From: an uncultured virus (IMG/VR IMGVR_UViG_3300027708_000067)
Taxonomy: Duplodnaviria; Heunggongvirae; Uroviricota; Caudoviricetes
Reading direction: 5' to 3' (one strand)
IMG/VR virus record: IMGVR_UViG_3300027708_000067
Length of the DNA: 64,000 nt
The translations under genes were made by a program, and so were the position numbers. The notes under the pieces are model-generated. The model saw nothing but the letters and a program-made list of their open reading frames with translations, was not told the origin of the DNA and did not search any database. Below are positions 22,702 to 33,474 of the stretch, piece after piece (position 1 is the first letter of the stretch; every line of letters begins with the position of its first letter).

Positions 22702-24963
22702 TTACTTAGGAACAGGAAGTCCGCCACCGTATTGTGGATACTCTTCTTGTTCTTTATTTGCACTCTGTCGAACTTGAGCAGCAGTTAAGCCAGCTAAAGG
22801 AGCATTAGCTTTTAATGCTTCACCAGCTTGTTTAAACGGAATTGTAACTGTTCCGCTTGGTTTTTTACCAAAAATTGTTTCTAAACTCTTATCAACTATT
22901 TCTGGAACTTTAAAATTTGGATTACGAGAAGCAATTGCTTTTTCTTTAAGAAAATTTTGAACCGCTGGGTTGTATAAAAGTCTTGTTCCAGCAATTGTTG
23001 CAGCGCTTGGAATTGCAGCTATAGCAGGATCTATACCCATATAAGCCAAACCACCAGGACCGCCCAATAGTGGAGCTAATCCGTATGTATAACCTAAACG
23101 TCTAGCGGCGTAATCTTCCGGATTTTTTGCGCCTACAATTTTTTCAAAAGCTTTTTCTTGTTTTCCAACATTAGCTTCAGCTTGTTTTTGCAACGCAGCT
23201 TTTTGAGAAGCTAGACTTTGACCCATACCGGTAAACTTATCTTCAAGGGTTTCTTTTTCTTTACCACTAAGCCCTTTAAATGCTCGTGTTTCAGCTTCAT
23301 GTTTTGCTTCAATTGCTGCTTTATCAGCTAAATACTTTTTATTGGCTTCTACAGCCATTCGTTGTATTTCGTTTTCTCCGCCAGCCAAACGTTTAGTAGA
23401 TAATTCAGACTTTGCCGCGTTTATTAATTCGCTAGGTTCAATTTGACCTTCTGCTTTAATGCTTTTAACATAAGAAGCAGCTTTTTCCGGAATTTTACTT
23501 CTTGAAAATGCAGTGTTAGCAGCTTTAAATAGTTCGCTACCAACTTGATTTTCAATTAAATCCATCCATTTATCTTTTAATTCATAAAGTGCTTTACCGT
23601 AACGATGATCTTTTTTCATCAAAGTGTTATAAGCGTCTTCACTTAAATTACTAAGATTACGTTGCCAATTATCTGGGGTCAACCATTTACCTTTAGAAGT
23701 ATCTGCAATTAAACGTTCAATATCATTTGAAAATTGTTCTGCGTATTCTTTTCCAAGTAATTTTTCATCGTAAGTATTTTTAAGCGAACGTAAATCTTCT
23801 TGAATTGGTTTGCTTAATCTTAAAGTTGACATCCCACCCAAAGATTCTTTATAAGCATCTTTAATAAAACCGGTCATCGCATTTGTTGCTGCATGTCCTT
23901 TTAACGCCGGGTCAATTGTTTTACCTAAAGGTTCTAAAGCATAATTTATAACAGGAGCTTGAATATCTACTCCAGTGCCTTTATGAGCTTCTAATTCTGC
24001 TTTATGGCGAGCAGCCATTTCAAGATCTGCTTTTTCTGTTGCTTTATTTAAAGCCCGTTGCTCAAGAGTTTGTGCTTGTTTTTGTGAAACGTCTAAAACG
24101 TTTTGCGCTGTTTTAGCTTGCTCTTTCATTGGTGCTGTTTTACCAGCAACAAGTTCTTCAAATGATTTTATTTTAGATTGAACCTCTGGCTTGACTCCAC
24201 CAAAAGGAATAACAGTTGCTAAATTTTCTGCAGTTTGAGCTTTGCCACCAAGTAATTGTCCAAAAGAAAGATTCTTTAATATTTCTGCGTCTGTGTACCC
24301 TAAATTTTTAAGTTCTTTATAATTTTTTAACACTGGAGCAGCTACGTGTCCTAAACCAGTTGCAACTGCTTGACCACCAAAACCAAGTAAACCACCCAAT
24401 CCTGCTTGTTCTAAAACGTCATATGTAGAACCTGAAGATCCCGCAGCACCTAAACCCATACCACCTAAAATGGCTTGAGATGCAGGGCTTTCCGCAATAC
24501 CTTTAGTTACAGCGGCGCCACCCGGAATTGTTTCAACAATCGGAGCTAATTTAGATGCACCTTTTAAAGCAGCGCCACCTAGCAACATTTCCCCACCAAT
24601 ATTACTTAAACCCGGACGCATACCAGTGTAACCAGCAGATTCAGTAAGATTTTTAGCCCCTGCTTCAGCAGCGCTAACAGCTTGCGCCGGTTCTTCTATA
24701 CCAGCCATACGCATTAGATTGGCGGGTATACGAGCTACGCCAGTAGCAAAACGTATGGGAGCGGCCATTCTTGCAGCAGCAGCTGGAGGAATTTCTTTTC
24801 CGTATTCTGTTATGGCTTCAGGACTAAATGCTTGTTTAGCACCCTGTTTCATTGCTTCAAAAACAGATGGCTTGTCCCAAGTAACACCGGGGGGTTCTTT
24901 CTCTACAGTATCTTTAACTGGAGTTTCATCCCAAGTAATGCCTTTAAATTGATTATCTGCCAT
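22702..24963 (-). CDS. Putative internal virion (ejection) protein with hydrophobic Gly/Ala segments
   Basis: Ala/Gly-rich helical protein at the end of the structural operon. Confidence 0.65.
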   Translation of the reverse strand: MADNQFKGITWDETPVKDTVEKEPPGVTWDKPSVFEAMKQGAKQAFSPEAITEYGKEIPPAAAARMAAPIRFATGVARIPANLMRMAGIEEPAQAVSAAEAGAKNLTESAGYTGMRPGLSNIGGEMLLGGAALKGASKLAPIVETIPGGAAVTKGIAESPASQAILGGMGLGAAGSSGSTYDVLEQAGLGGLLGFGGQAVATGLGHVAAPVLKNYKELKNLGYTDAEILKNLSFGQLLGGKAQTAENLATVIPFGGVKPEVQSKIKSFEELVAGKTAPMKEQAKTAQNVLDVSQKQAQTLEQRALNKATEKADLEMAARHKAELEAHKGTGVDIQAPVINYALEPLGKTIDPALKGHAATNAMTGFIKDAYKESLGGMSTLRLSKPIQEDLRSLKNTYDEKLLGKEYAEQFSNDIERLIADTSKGKWLTPDNWQRNLSNLSEDAYNTLMKKDHRYGKALYELKDKWMDLIENQVGSELFKAANTAFSRSKIPEKAASYVKSIKAEGQIEPSELINAAKSELSTKRLAGGENEIQRMAVEANKKYLADKAAIEAKHEAETRAFKGLSGKEKETLEDKFTGMGQSLASQKAALQKQAEANVGKQEKAFEKIVGAKNPEDYAARRLGYTYGLAPLLGGPGGLAYMGIDPAIAAIPSAATIAGTRLLYNPAVQNFLKEKAIASRNPNFKVPEIVDKSLETIFGKKPSGTVTIPFKQAGEALKANAPLAGLTAAQVRQSANKEQEEYPQYGGGLPVPK

Positions 24964-26882
24964 TATTCGTAAACCAAAGTTCCGTCATTGTAAAGAATAG
25001 CTTTTTTACCATAATTAGGATTATTTTTATCTGTTACCATGCCAGTTTTTTGGATAGTTTTTTTCGCGGATGGTTTAGCACCAGACACTTCAACTTTTCC
25101 AAGTTTTCCGTTTTTAAATGAATCTACGTTTTCTTGCATGATTTTATCTTTTACACCACTATTTTGCCATTCAACAAGGGCTTCGTCTTCCCTGCCTTTA
25201 TTTCGTGATAAATAGTTTTTGAGGTCTTGATCAACTAAAGCACCTGCTCGCCGTACTTGATAAAAATTCTTTATGTAATCTTTATGATTATCAATACCAG
25301 CAAAGTTTCTTAACCAATCGCTAGACTCTTGTGCTGTAAATTGAGAACCCATTGCTTGCCGTGCTTCTGAAGCAGACATAAATTTTCTTGCGGTTTCAAT
25401 GCCCATGTTATCAACAAATTTTTGCAATTCTTTAGGATTTAATTTAACCCCAGCAATTTGAGCATACTCCATAAAACTTTGACCTAATTTTGTACCTGGA
25501 CCAAAGTTATTACTTTCAATATTTGCAAGAACTTGGTCAGACATTTTTTCAATATCTTTAGCTACTTTAGCTCGTTCTGTAATATCTTTATAATCAACAT
25601 CCATAAATGTTTCATACGATTTTTGTAATGCTTTTTGTTTTAATTGAACATCTTCTTGACTTACAGGAGCACTAGGAGCAGCAGCTGCAGTTTTAACACC
25701 GGACTTAAAGTTTGGATCAACATACGGTAAAAACTTAGCAGCATTTTGCTGACCAGATTCACCAATAATTTTAGCGCGGCTAAGTGCTGCATTAGCTTGC
25801 GGTGTATTTGGAATAGTACCATCTGGGTTTAATTTAATGTCAGCGTTTTTTAATTCGGAATTAAGTAAGTCAAGGTGCATTTTAAATTCAGGTTTTGCAC
25901 CATCAGCAGGGTTACCAGTTATCCAACGACCCATAATATTAGCTGGTGTTGGACTAATACCTTGCATTGGTCCTGTACCTGAAAGGTATTTACCTGCTAA
26001 ATCTTGAGTATCTGCCACACCAGCTTGTGGGGTGTCATACGGTTTGTAAGTGTTACCTTGTTTAATCCCCGTTGGATTATTTACATTTGCTGCAACGTTA
26101 ACTCCGGTTGTGGTAGTTGTTGTGCTGGGCGTTGTGCCTTGAATTGGCATAGCACCCGGAGCAGTAAATTGAATAGTTTTACCATCTTTAATATAACTTT
26201 GTGTGCCATAAGCATCTTTAAGCAATTGCCGTTTAACAAGATCTTTTTGATCTGCCGGTAAAGTTTCAGCAAATGCAAGACTTTTTTGCAATTCAGATTT
26301 TTTAAATTCGTTTTCTTTAACTAGTTTACCAAATTCACCTATTTGCCCTGAACTTAAAAGCGTCATACCCCAATCTTGCAAATTTGATGGAAGGGATTCA
26401 AGCATTTCAATATAAGGAGGTTTTTTACCACCAGCAGTTGGCTGACCACCAGCGGCAGGTTGTGCTCCTGTTGTAGAAATACCAAGAGAATTTGCAAGCG
26501 CAGTGGCTTGATTCTGACTGGACTTAAGCGCTTCCATAGACTGCATTATGTTATAACGCTGAGCTTCTTTTTGTTGGCGTTGTTCTTCCAATTGACGGAA
26601 CATAGGTTCTTTGTCATGCTTAGTCCAAGCATACATTTTTTGTAAATCATTTTGAAAATTTTCAAAAGGCTTTTCTTCTAAAAGCTTTTGCATATTTGCC
26701 AAAATGCTTTTACTAGAATTTTCGTCCATTAAAACACCAGTGGGCGAAGTCATAGTTGCAATCTGACCTTTACCGCCAGGAGTAAATTTAATGTTAGAAA
26801 CAATAGGCAAACCACCAGTGGGAGTTGCAGCCTCTGACGTTGACGAACTACTAGTTTCTTGATCTGGATATAATGAACCCAT
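24963..26882 (-). CDS. Putative ejection protein with a degenerate lysozyme-like domain
   Basis: NNPTGI...Y.TP..G......L..KY....T...I..RW segment. Confidence 0.6.
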   Translation of the reverse strand: MGSLYPDQETSSSSTSEAATPTGGLPIVSNIKFTPGGKGQIATMTSPTGVLMDENSSKSILANMQKLLEEKPFENFQNDLQKMYAWTKHDKEPMFRQLEEQRQQKEAQRYNIMQSMEALKSSQNQATALANSLGISTTGAQPAAGGQPTAGGKKPPYIEMLESLPSNLQDWGMTLLSSGQIGEFGKLVKENEFKKSELQKSLAFAETLPADQKDLVKRQLLKDAYGTQSYIKDGKTIQFTAPGAMPIQGTTPSTTTTTTGVNVAANVNNPTGIKQGNTYKPYDTPQAGVADTQDLAGKYLSGTGPMQGISPTPANIMGRWITGNPADGAKPEFKMHLDLLNSELKNADIKLNPDGTIPNTPQANAALSRAKIIGESGQQNAAKFLPYVDPNFKSGVKTAAAAPSAPVSQEDVQLKQKALQKSYETFMDVDYKDITERAKVAKDIEKMSDQVLANIESNNFGPGTKLGQSFMEYAQIAGVKLNPKELQKFVDNMGIETARKFMSASEARQAMGSQFTAQESSDWLRNFAGIDNHKDYIKNFYQVRRAGALVDQDLKNYLSRNKGREDEALVEWQNSGVKDKIMQENVDSFKNGKLGKVEVSGAKPSAKKTIQKTGMVTDKNNPNYGKKAILYNDGTLVYE

Positions 26883-26891
26883 GTTTATTCC

Positions 26892-27845
26892 TTAACCGTT
26901 CGGTAATGTGTAACCGTAGTCATCAACTATTTGACCAGGTAAAGCGCCGCCAGATGTTGTAGCATTACCCGTTGGACTTAAAATGCCCATGTTAACATTA
27001 GACATGGTTTGATTAGCTGCTGCTTGATTGGCTGCTGAATTTCCCAACCCAAAAGCATTTGCAATATTATTGCCTAAACCATCAAAAGAAGCGCCAGTAA
27101 TTCCAAGGCTACTTAATAAATTTCTAGCTGCAGAAGGGGCATTACTTAACGCACCTATCATAGACAAAGGAGACATTTGGTTTTGTTGAGAAACAGTTCC
27201 TGGAACGTTTACAGAATTAACTAAATTAGCATAATTACCTAACGGCGTAAACGGCGCGTTCATTTGAGCTGAACCTGTATTTAAAGCGGATGTTATTCCT
27301 TGAGAACCTAAGCTGCCTAATCCAGTGCCAGCAGCAACGCCTGCGTTTTGGTTTTGTAAAGCAGCAGTCATTTGTTGCGCAAACAGTTGAGATTGCGCAT
27401 CAGCCTTTGCTTTGTTTACAGCAGTTACGTTACGCAAGCTACCAAATTGACCTGAGCCAATTCCGAATGCGTTGGCCCCTGCAGTATAATTAGGCAACAA
27501 CTGATTTAACTGTTGGTTTTCAGCAGCAAATAAACCACCTAATGGCGTTGCTGTATTAGGAGTAACTTGGCCTGTTGAACTTGTAATCCAAGGATTAGCA
27601 GCACCAGTTGCAATAGTATTTAAAGCTGTTTGACCTTGCGTAAAAGGATTGTTATTTCCCTGCAATGTATTAACTGCATTTTGCCCAACAGTATTTTGAA
27701 AAGATGGTGCAGCATTAAGTGCTGTACCAGCTCTGTTAACAATATTTTGTTGTGCTTGATCATACCAACTTGGCAGAGTAGTTTGTACTTGCTGGGTATC
27801 CGTAAGTAAATTATTTAACCCTGAAGATCCTGTTGTTCCAGCCAT
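26892..27845 (-). CDS. Putative DNA pilot/ejection protein
   Basis: Q/N/G/A-rich, TTLPSWY, G.FGS.R motif. Confidence 0.65.
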   Translation of the reverse strand: MAGTTGSSGLNNLLTDTQQVQTTLPSWYDQAQQNIVNRAGTALNAAPSFQNTVGQNAVNTLQGNNNPFTQGQTALNTIATGAANPWITSSTGQVTPNTATPLGGLFAAENQQLNQLLPNYTAGANAFGIGSGQFGSLRNVTAVNKAKADAQSQLFAQQMTAALQNQNAGVAAGTGLGSLGSQGITSALNTGSAQMNAPFTPLGNYANLVNSVNVPGTVSQQNQMSPLSMIGALSNAPSAARNLLSSLGITGASFDGLGNNIANAFGLGNSAANQAAANQTMSNVNMGILSPTGNATTSGGALPGQIVDDYGYTLPNG

Positions 27846-29599
27846 TATGCGCTCGCTTTTTTCTTTGCATCTAATAAATATGCCAAAGGACCCTTACTAT
27901 CTGGAGGCAATTCCTTTGGGTCATGTTTTTGGGCATGTTCTCTAATTGTTACTAAAAAATTATCTAATACTTTAGCACCAGCATCATTACTACCGTTTCC
28001 AAGTTTTGATACTACATCTGCGGGTACAACAAATTCACCGTCTGCTAACATAGCAGCTACGCTATCACTTGTACCATTACCATCGCCTTTTACATAAGTA
28101 TTTTCCATAGAGGCTAATCCCCCAGGTGAAAAGAATGTTGGCTCATGCCCTTCAGGAACAGAACCACCTGGCGCAAAACGAGGTACAAGATTTAAACCAG
28201 AGTGCGGCTGATGCATTGTAAAATGTCTACCGCGCATACGAACTTCTTGCATAGGTAAATCACCACCACCGGCTTTATGAATTATACCACCGTTCTTAGC
28301 TTGTTGAATCTCTTGTAATGTTTGAGGATTGAAATATGGTTGCTGATTAGCAACTTGGGCAGGTTCACCATAAGGAGTCATACCTGGAATAGCAACTTGC
28401 TGTCCGTGAACAAAAGTTCCTTTTGGCGATCCGTAATTATTAATTGCCGAACCGTAACCGCCAGATGTTGTACCAGTTAATGCACTCGCTGGTCTTGTGT
28501 TGCCACTTAAACCACCTAATAAAGAAGAAGCTGCTCCCGACCCGCCTGTTAATCTAGAAGCTAAATTACCTAGTGGGATACCATACTTTAAAAGATCCGC
28601 GCCAGTTAATCCAGAAAGTCCTGCTTCAGCAAGTATTGCATCTAATCCAGTTGCTCCGTATACATTTCCAGACAGTCCCGCACCAGTGGGGACACTACCA
28701 GCTGGGTAGGCAGCACCAGCTGCGGCATCCTCTGCAGCTTGTGTAGCGGCTAATTGTTCTAAAAAAGAAGATCCAGCACCAGCGCCAACTGCAGCACCTT
28801 CTGCTCCAGCACCAATAATGTTGCCAGCGGCATCAACCATACCAACTTCAGAACCAAGTAAACCAGGTAAAAACTCAGCCGCTGCAGCACCGCCAGCCAT
28901 CGCTAACGGAAGCATCCAGCCGTTTTCAACTAAAAAGTCACCAAGACCACCACCGCTAGGCTGACGATATACAGGTATAGGATTACCGCTTTTATCTAAT
29001 ACATATTTATTAGTAGTAGGATCAACAATGTATTCACCCTGATCTACTTGCTCGGGAGTTAATTGAGTACCTTGAAAATTGTAAGATTTAGCGCCAGCCA
29101 TAGTAGGACCAGCATAATTTTGGTTACGATAACCTTGTCGAATACCGCTAGGGTCAACAGTTAAGTTGGCATAATTAGGCGTGTAATTGCTAATGTCACC
29201 CGTTGTCGGATCATAAGTTACCTTAGAACCATCAGGCATTGTGTATTGATTTGCTCGTGCATCATAAGTTGCACCAGTAAAATCGTACTTAGATGGATTC
29301 CAAGTTTGTCCAATTGCGTTGCCTTCAGAATCAGTTTGTGTGTTGAAATAACCTACATGGCTAGGATCAGTAGATACATTAGAATAACTAACTTGACCAG
29401 TTTCAGGATCAACAATGGCATCACCATGTGTTGGAGCACTACCCCCACCACCACCGCCTCTGTTTTGGTATTCTTGACTACCTGTTATACCAGCGATAAC
29501 CGCTTCCGGAGACTGATTTGACCACGTGGCAATACCACTTGGATCGGGAGCTCGACCTAAGTACTGTTGGTACAGTTGCGCTAGTTGATTTTCATCCAT
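27845..29599 (-). CDS. Putative internal virion protein; N-terminal DUF4214-like segment, C-terminal SDS..AMLADGEFV domain
   Basis: LYQQYLGRAPDPSGIATW; GDGNGTSDSVAAMLADGEFVVPADVV; several xxxGG motifs. Confidence 0.7.
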   Translation of the reverse strand: MDENQLAQLYQQYLGRAPDPSGIATWSNQSPEAVIAGITGSQEYQNRGGGGGGSAPTHGDAIVDPETGQVSYSNVSTDPSHVGYFNTQTDSEGNAIGQTWNPSKYDFTGATYDARANQYTMPDGSKVTYDPTTGDISNYTPNYANLTVDPSGIRQGYRNQNYAGPTMAGAKSYNFQGTQLTPEQVDQGEYIVDPTTNKYVLDKSGNPIPVYRQPSGGGLGDFLVENGWMLPLAMAGGAAAAEFLPGLLGSEVGMVDAAGNIIGAGAEGAAVGAGAGSSFLEQLAATQAAEDAAAGAAYPAGSVPTGAGLSGNVYGATGLDAILAEAGLSGLTGADLLKYGIPLGNLASRLTGGSGAASSLLGGLSGNTRPASALTGTTSGGYGSAINNYGSPKGTFVHGQQVAIPGMTPYGEPAQVANQQPYFNPQTLQEIQQAKNGGIIHKAGGGDLPMQEVRMRGRHFTMHQPHSGLNLVPRFAPGGSVPEGHEPTFFSPGGLASMENTYVKGDGNGTSDSVAAMLADGEFVVPADVVSKLGNGSNDAGAKVLDNFLVTIREHAQKHDPKELPPDSKGPLAYLLDAKKKASA

Positions 29600-29622
29600 T
29601 AAATTATCTCGTTATCTACATA

Positions 29623-29653
29623 TACTAATGCAAAAATTAGCATTTTTTCGCCC
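29623..29653 (-). promoter_or_regulatory. Phage late-type promoter GGGCG-N14-TTTGCATTAGTA
   Basis: Exact motif upstream of the ejection-protein genes. Confidence 0.85.
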
Positions 29654-29657
29654 TAAA

Positions 29658-29924
29658 TCAACGACTTGGGCCATTAATTATTGTGGTAAATTCCATAGCC
29701 CAATCCTGCCAGGTTTCATAAACATCTGGGTTTGGAACCGGATAGCGGTTAAAAGATTGTGATTGCACAATGTTCATAGCCGCATCTCGCCAAGTTTCTT
29801 CAGGTGAAATTACAATATTCTTTTGACCGTAATAAATAACTAGTTCTTCGTTCCAATTTTCCCAAGTCATATAGTCAGGCAATACAGGAAAGAACGGTTG
29901 GAAATTAGGGTCGCTCGTCGCCAT
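29658..29924 (-). CDS. Small tail-associated hypothetical protein
   Basis: W..W repeats, P.P..Y..WQDWA. Confidence 0.7.
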   Translation of the reverse strand: MATSDPNFQPFFPVLPDYMTWENWNEELVIYYGQKNIVISPEETWRDAAMNIVQSQSFNRYPVPNPDVYETWQDWAMEFTTIINGPSR

Positions 29925-32052
29925 ATTCTGCAGTAATCAAATTACGACCCATTTGGTAGTTACCATTGACTTCATTAGATTCAAACTTTAAACGCACCAA
30001 ACGATGCTCAACCCGTAAGTCTATTTTGCCAGTGTCTTTGGTAAAATAGTATGGCCCAGAAGATTCTTCATACGGACCAGAAGCAAATTTACGACCCAAA
30101 ATAGTCATAGCCATAGTGCCGTCTTGTAAAAAGTTTGGTTCAACTCGGCGTAAGTGCATCCTACGATTAATTCCTTGCAGTGCATTTTGGCTAGGGTTTC
30201 CAGTTAACCAACTAATATCGCTGGTAGTAATACTAGAGTATACAGCAATTTCACCTAACAAGTTAATTTCATTAACACCGTACTCGTGTTGCCAAATATT
30301 AAATCCGCCAGTAATATAAAACACTGATGTTCCAACGGGAGGAGCTGTTGGAAAATTGGTAGAACAAGTAATTAATGTTACTCCGTCAGGAGCAGTGTTA
30401 TCATTAAAAATAAATTCGCTAGTTGTTACCAAATAAGTATTGTTAAGACTATTAACTGTATCAAAACATAACGAATCACCAGGACTAAACAATTGTGTTT
30501 GATTACCTGACAAATACAATTGGTTCTGGTTTGGTGCCGCTTCTCCAGATGGTGTTTCTATTACAAAATGCGGTGTACTAAACACTGGATCATAGTTCCA
30601 GTCACACCAAATTGGCGTTGGGAACAACTCTGTAGTATAACCACAAGAGCGTTGTGATCCTTTTGCTTGACCAGCGTCATACCACAACTGGTCTTTTACG
30701 TTATAGATAATAGCATCAGTACATTCTGTAGCGGTGCCACGTGGGTAAAAGAACCAAATCTCATTGTAACGTGGCACTTTAGTTGCCCAGACTTTTTGAC
30801 GCTGTGAATAGTTTAAATTGTCAAAAAGGTAGTTTACGTTTTTATCATTAGGCAATACTTTTACAGTGCCACCATACAAATAGAATCTGTCAACACCCAT
30901 CCAGAAATAAATACCATCCATTTCTACAACAGCGTTAGACGACATAATTGAAATCTGACTGGAAATAATATCATACGTCCAGTAAATACTGGTTGCTTGA
31001 GGATTAAAAGATACCCGAATTAAACTATCAGTAGCCCAAAACAAACCTGATGGTGAGTTAGTACCACCACGCATTGTCATACCTTTAACAATCTTAGATG
31101 GCGCTACGTTAGTTTGATTGGCAAATGTTCCATTCCAATCATAAAAATTGCGTTCAAGATAAGTAGCACTAACGTTGTTGTTAGCAATAAAACCATTTGA
31201 TCCATACACAAAAATAAATGGATACAATACACAAACACCACCGTCAACACTAATTGGTTTATAGGTAGGGTTTTGACCTTCACTATCGGACAAGCCAGTA
31301 AATGACCATTGATAGTTACTATCTGGTGTAATAGCACCCACCAAAACTTGAGATGTTACGCCGCTATCAATGTTTACTAAGTTTTTACCGGGGTGGGCAA
31401 AGATAGATAAGTTGCCACCTTGTGGGCTAAACTGTGCATCGAACTGCCATAGGTTTCTAAACGGACCGTTTTCTGGATCAGGTTCAAACACAGGATCATC
31501 ATTTAGATAAACCTTTGTGGGTGACCCAGCAATCGTGCCACCAGTAACATCTACTGTGGTATTGGGCGAGCTATATGTTGCAGTGCTTACTGTGTAATTT
31601 GTTGCAGTATCTGTTTGCTCGAATATAACTTGTGTGCCAGCGGGGAACGTAGTAGTTAAATTACCAGCAACTGTAAATGATGTTGTAGTGTTAGATACTA
31701 AACCAACAAACGCTGTGCCAGGTAATATTTGTGCCGTAAACGGACCACTACCAGTGCCATAACTTGTACTGGTGGTATATACATCTAACTCTTTATAGTT
31801 ACCAGAGAATAAATAGTTAACACCATTATAGGGCTGGGAAATTAATCCTCTAGCAATACCTACTAAGCCATTAAACAGTGTACGATAGCCACCAATTTTC
31901 TTTGGTTCGCCACGTTGAAAACGACACCATACACCATCGGTGTATTGATCGTTTTGGAATACAGTACCATCTCGCCTAATTCCAGCCGGAATTGCTAGGC
32001 TGTAAATTGAAGTATATTGCGAGGTATCTTGTTGCTGATTATCAGCTGGCAT
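29905..32052 (-). CDS. Tail nozzle / stabilisation protein (P22 gp10-like)
   Basis: Beta-propeller-like; W.RF..G.PKKIGG, WMG...FY.Y.G.V..LP, EIWFFYP. Confidence 0.7.
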   Translation of the reverse strand: MPADNQQQDTSQYTSIYSLAIPAGIRRDGTVFQNDQYTDGVWCRFQRGEPKKIGGYRTLFNGLVGIARGLISQPYNGVNYLFSGNYKELDVYTTSTSYGTGSGPFTAQILPGTAFVGLVSNTTTSFTVAGNLTTTFPAGTQVIFEQTDTATNYTVSTATYSSPNTTVDVTGGTIAGSPTKVYLNDDPVFEPDPENGPFRNLWQFDAQFSPQGGNLSIFAHPGKNLVNIDSGVTSQVLVGAITPDSNYQWSFTGLSDSEGQNPTYKPISVDGGVCVLYPFIFVYGSNGFIANNNVSATYLERNFYDWNGTFANQTNVAPSKIVKGMTMRGGTNSPSGLFWATDSLIRVSFNPQATSIYWTYDIISSQISIMSSNAVVEMDGIYFWMGVDRFYLYGGTVKVLPNDKNVNYLFDNLNYSQRQKVWATKVPRYNEIWFFYPRGTATECTDAIIYNVKDQLWYDAGQAKGSQRSCGYTTELFPTPIWCDWNYDPVFSTPHFVIETPSGEAAPNQNQLYLSGNQTQLFSPGDSLCFDTVNSLNNTYLVTTSEFIFNDNTAPDGVTLITCSTNFPTAPPVGTSVFYITGGFNIWQHEYGVNEINLLGEIAVYSSITTSDISWLTGNPSQNALQGINRRMHLRRVEPNFLQDGTMAMTILGRKFASGPYEESSGPYYFTKDTGKIDLRVEHRLVRLKFESNEVNGNYQMGRNLITAEYGDERP

Positions 32053-33471
32053 TTAGAATGATCCACCTGTTATTAACCCAGCGGTTAATGTTCCAGTAAT
32101 GTTTGCTGAATCAGCAGTTAAATTATTAGTAATAGTAGCTGAATCAGCACTTAGGTTATTAGTAATAGTGGCAGAGTCAGCAGTTATTGCACCAGTAATT
32201 GAGGCAGAGTTAGCAGTAAGTATTTGGGCATCTAATGTTGCAGCAACGGTAACCAATGGTGTAGATAAATTAGAATTATCTATATTAATAATGTTGGTTG
32301 AATTTGCCGATAAACCCAGTATTCCAGTACTGACCAAGTACACACCGCTATGAGTATCGTTGTTAAACGAATACGCTGGTAGTGCTGCAGTGCCGTCAGA
32401 TGCATAGAACGCACCTGTAGTAGCAGATGTTAATGGGTATAAATATTCGCCATCACTTAAAACGGTAACAATTTGTCCAGCAGATAACACTAACGGTATC
32501 TGGGTACTGTTTTCGTTTTGGAAAGTAATGTTATACCCAGACTGATCAGTGTTGTTAGCCAACACATAAATTTGGGTAATGGCAGGCAGTGTTACAGCTA
32601 AAGTTTGTGTTCTAGTACCAGACTGGGCAATGTAGGTTTGAATGATTGGGGCAAAGTTTACTAAACTAAATGTATTGCCAGGGATAGAATCCACATCATA
32701 CGTTGCCGCAGTAAATGTTAAAGCGTTTGGGTTAGCTAAGCCAACGGTAATAAAACCTGTTTGAGCAGCATTTAAAAATATAAAGCCCGAGTCGCCAGGG
32801 TTTGTATTAATGGAAGTTTGACCATTAATAGTATTAGGCGATGTTGGGTTAATGGCTAGTGTGCCAGTACCATTGTTTCTAAAACCAATGTACCAACCAG
32901 TTGATAATGATTGGATAGAAGGTAATGTAAAACTGCCAGCACCAGCGTTCCAAACAAAGGTTGCAGCACGGCTGCCATCAGTAATATTAGGTGATACAGT
33001 TACGTTAACTGGGTTTTGTGTAGTAGCTAGTTGACCGTTGACAGTGGTTAGACCGGCACCAGCCAAAGTAGCAGCATCAGCAAACGAAGTGCCAGCACCA
33101 AACGTTACGTTTTGCCAAACACCAGCAGCAGAAGTATTGTCAGTAAGATAGAAGTACTTACTAATACCAACAGGTACAGTAACGCTAGATCCGCCAATAA
33201 AGTTTGTAATAATAAATTCATGCGAACCCAAGTTGCGGAAAAGAATGTCTGCGCCCAGTGTTCCTTGATCAGCTTGCGGTAAAGCAATGGTAAGACCATC
33301 ACTAGCAGCAACGCAATCAATAATACGGGCAGCAGGAGGCTGGCTACCGTTGACAGTAGAAGGCCAGTAGAGAACTTGATCTGTACTAAAAGGGAGTGCA
33401 AGATAAGATACATCCGTTGGGGTAACAACGGTGCCTGTGAAAGGTGATGTATAGACGGGGGTCGTTGGCAT
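32053..33471 (-). CDS. Tail fibre/needle-like structural protein
   Basis: Thr-rich beta repeats, DGTAALPAYSF..D..SG.Y, C-terminal GGSF. Confidence 0.65.
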   Translation of the reverse strand: MPTTPVYTSPFTGTVVTPTDVSYLALPFSTDQVLYWPSTVNGSQPPAARIIDCVAASDGLTIALPQADQGTLGADILFRNLGSHEFIITNFIGGSSVTVPVGISKYFYLTDNTSAAGVWQNVTFGAGTSFADAATLAGAGLTTVNGQLATTQNPVNVTVSPNITDGSRAATFVWNAGAGSFTLPSIQSLSTGWYIGFRNNGTGTLAINPTSPNTINGQTSINTNPGDSGFIFLNAAQTGFITVGLANPNALTFTAATYDVDSIPGNTFSLVNFAPIIQTYIAQSGTRTQTLAVTLPAITQIYVLANNTDQSGYNITFQNENSTQIPLVLSAGQIVTVLSDGEYLYPLTSATTGAFYASDGTAALPAYSFNNDTHSGVYLVSTGILGLSANSTNIINIDNSNLSTPLVTVAATLDAQILTANSASITGAITADSATITNNLSADSATITNNLTADSANITGTLTAGLITGGSF

Positions 33472-33474
33472 ATT

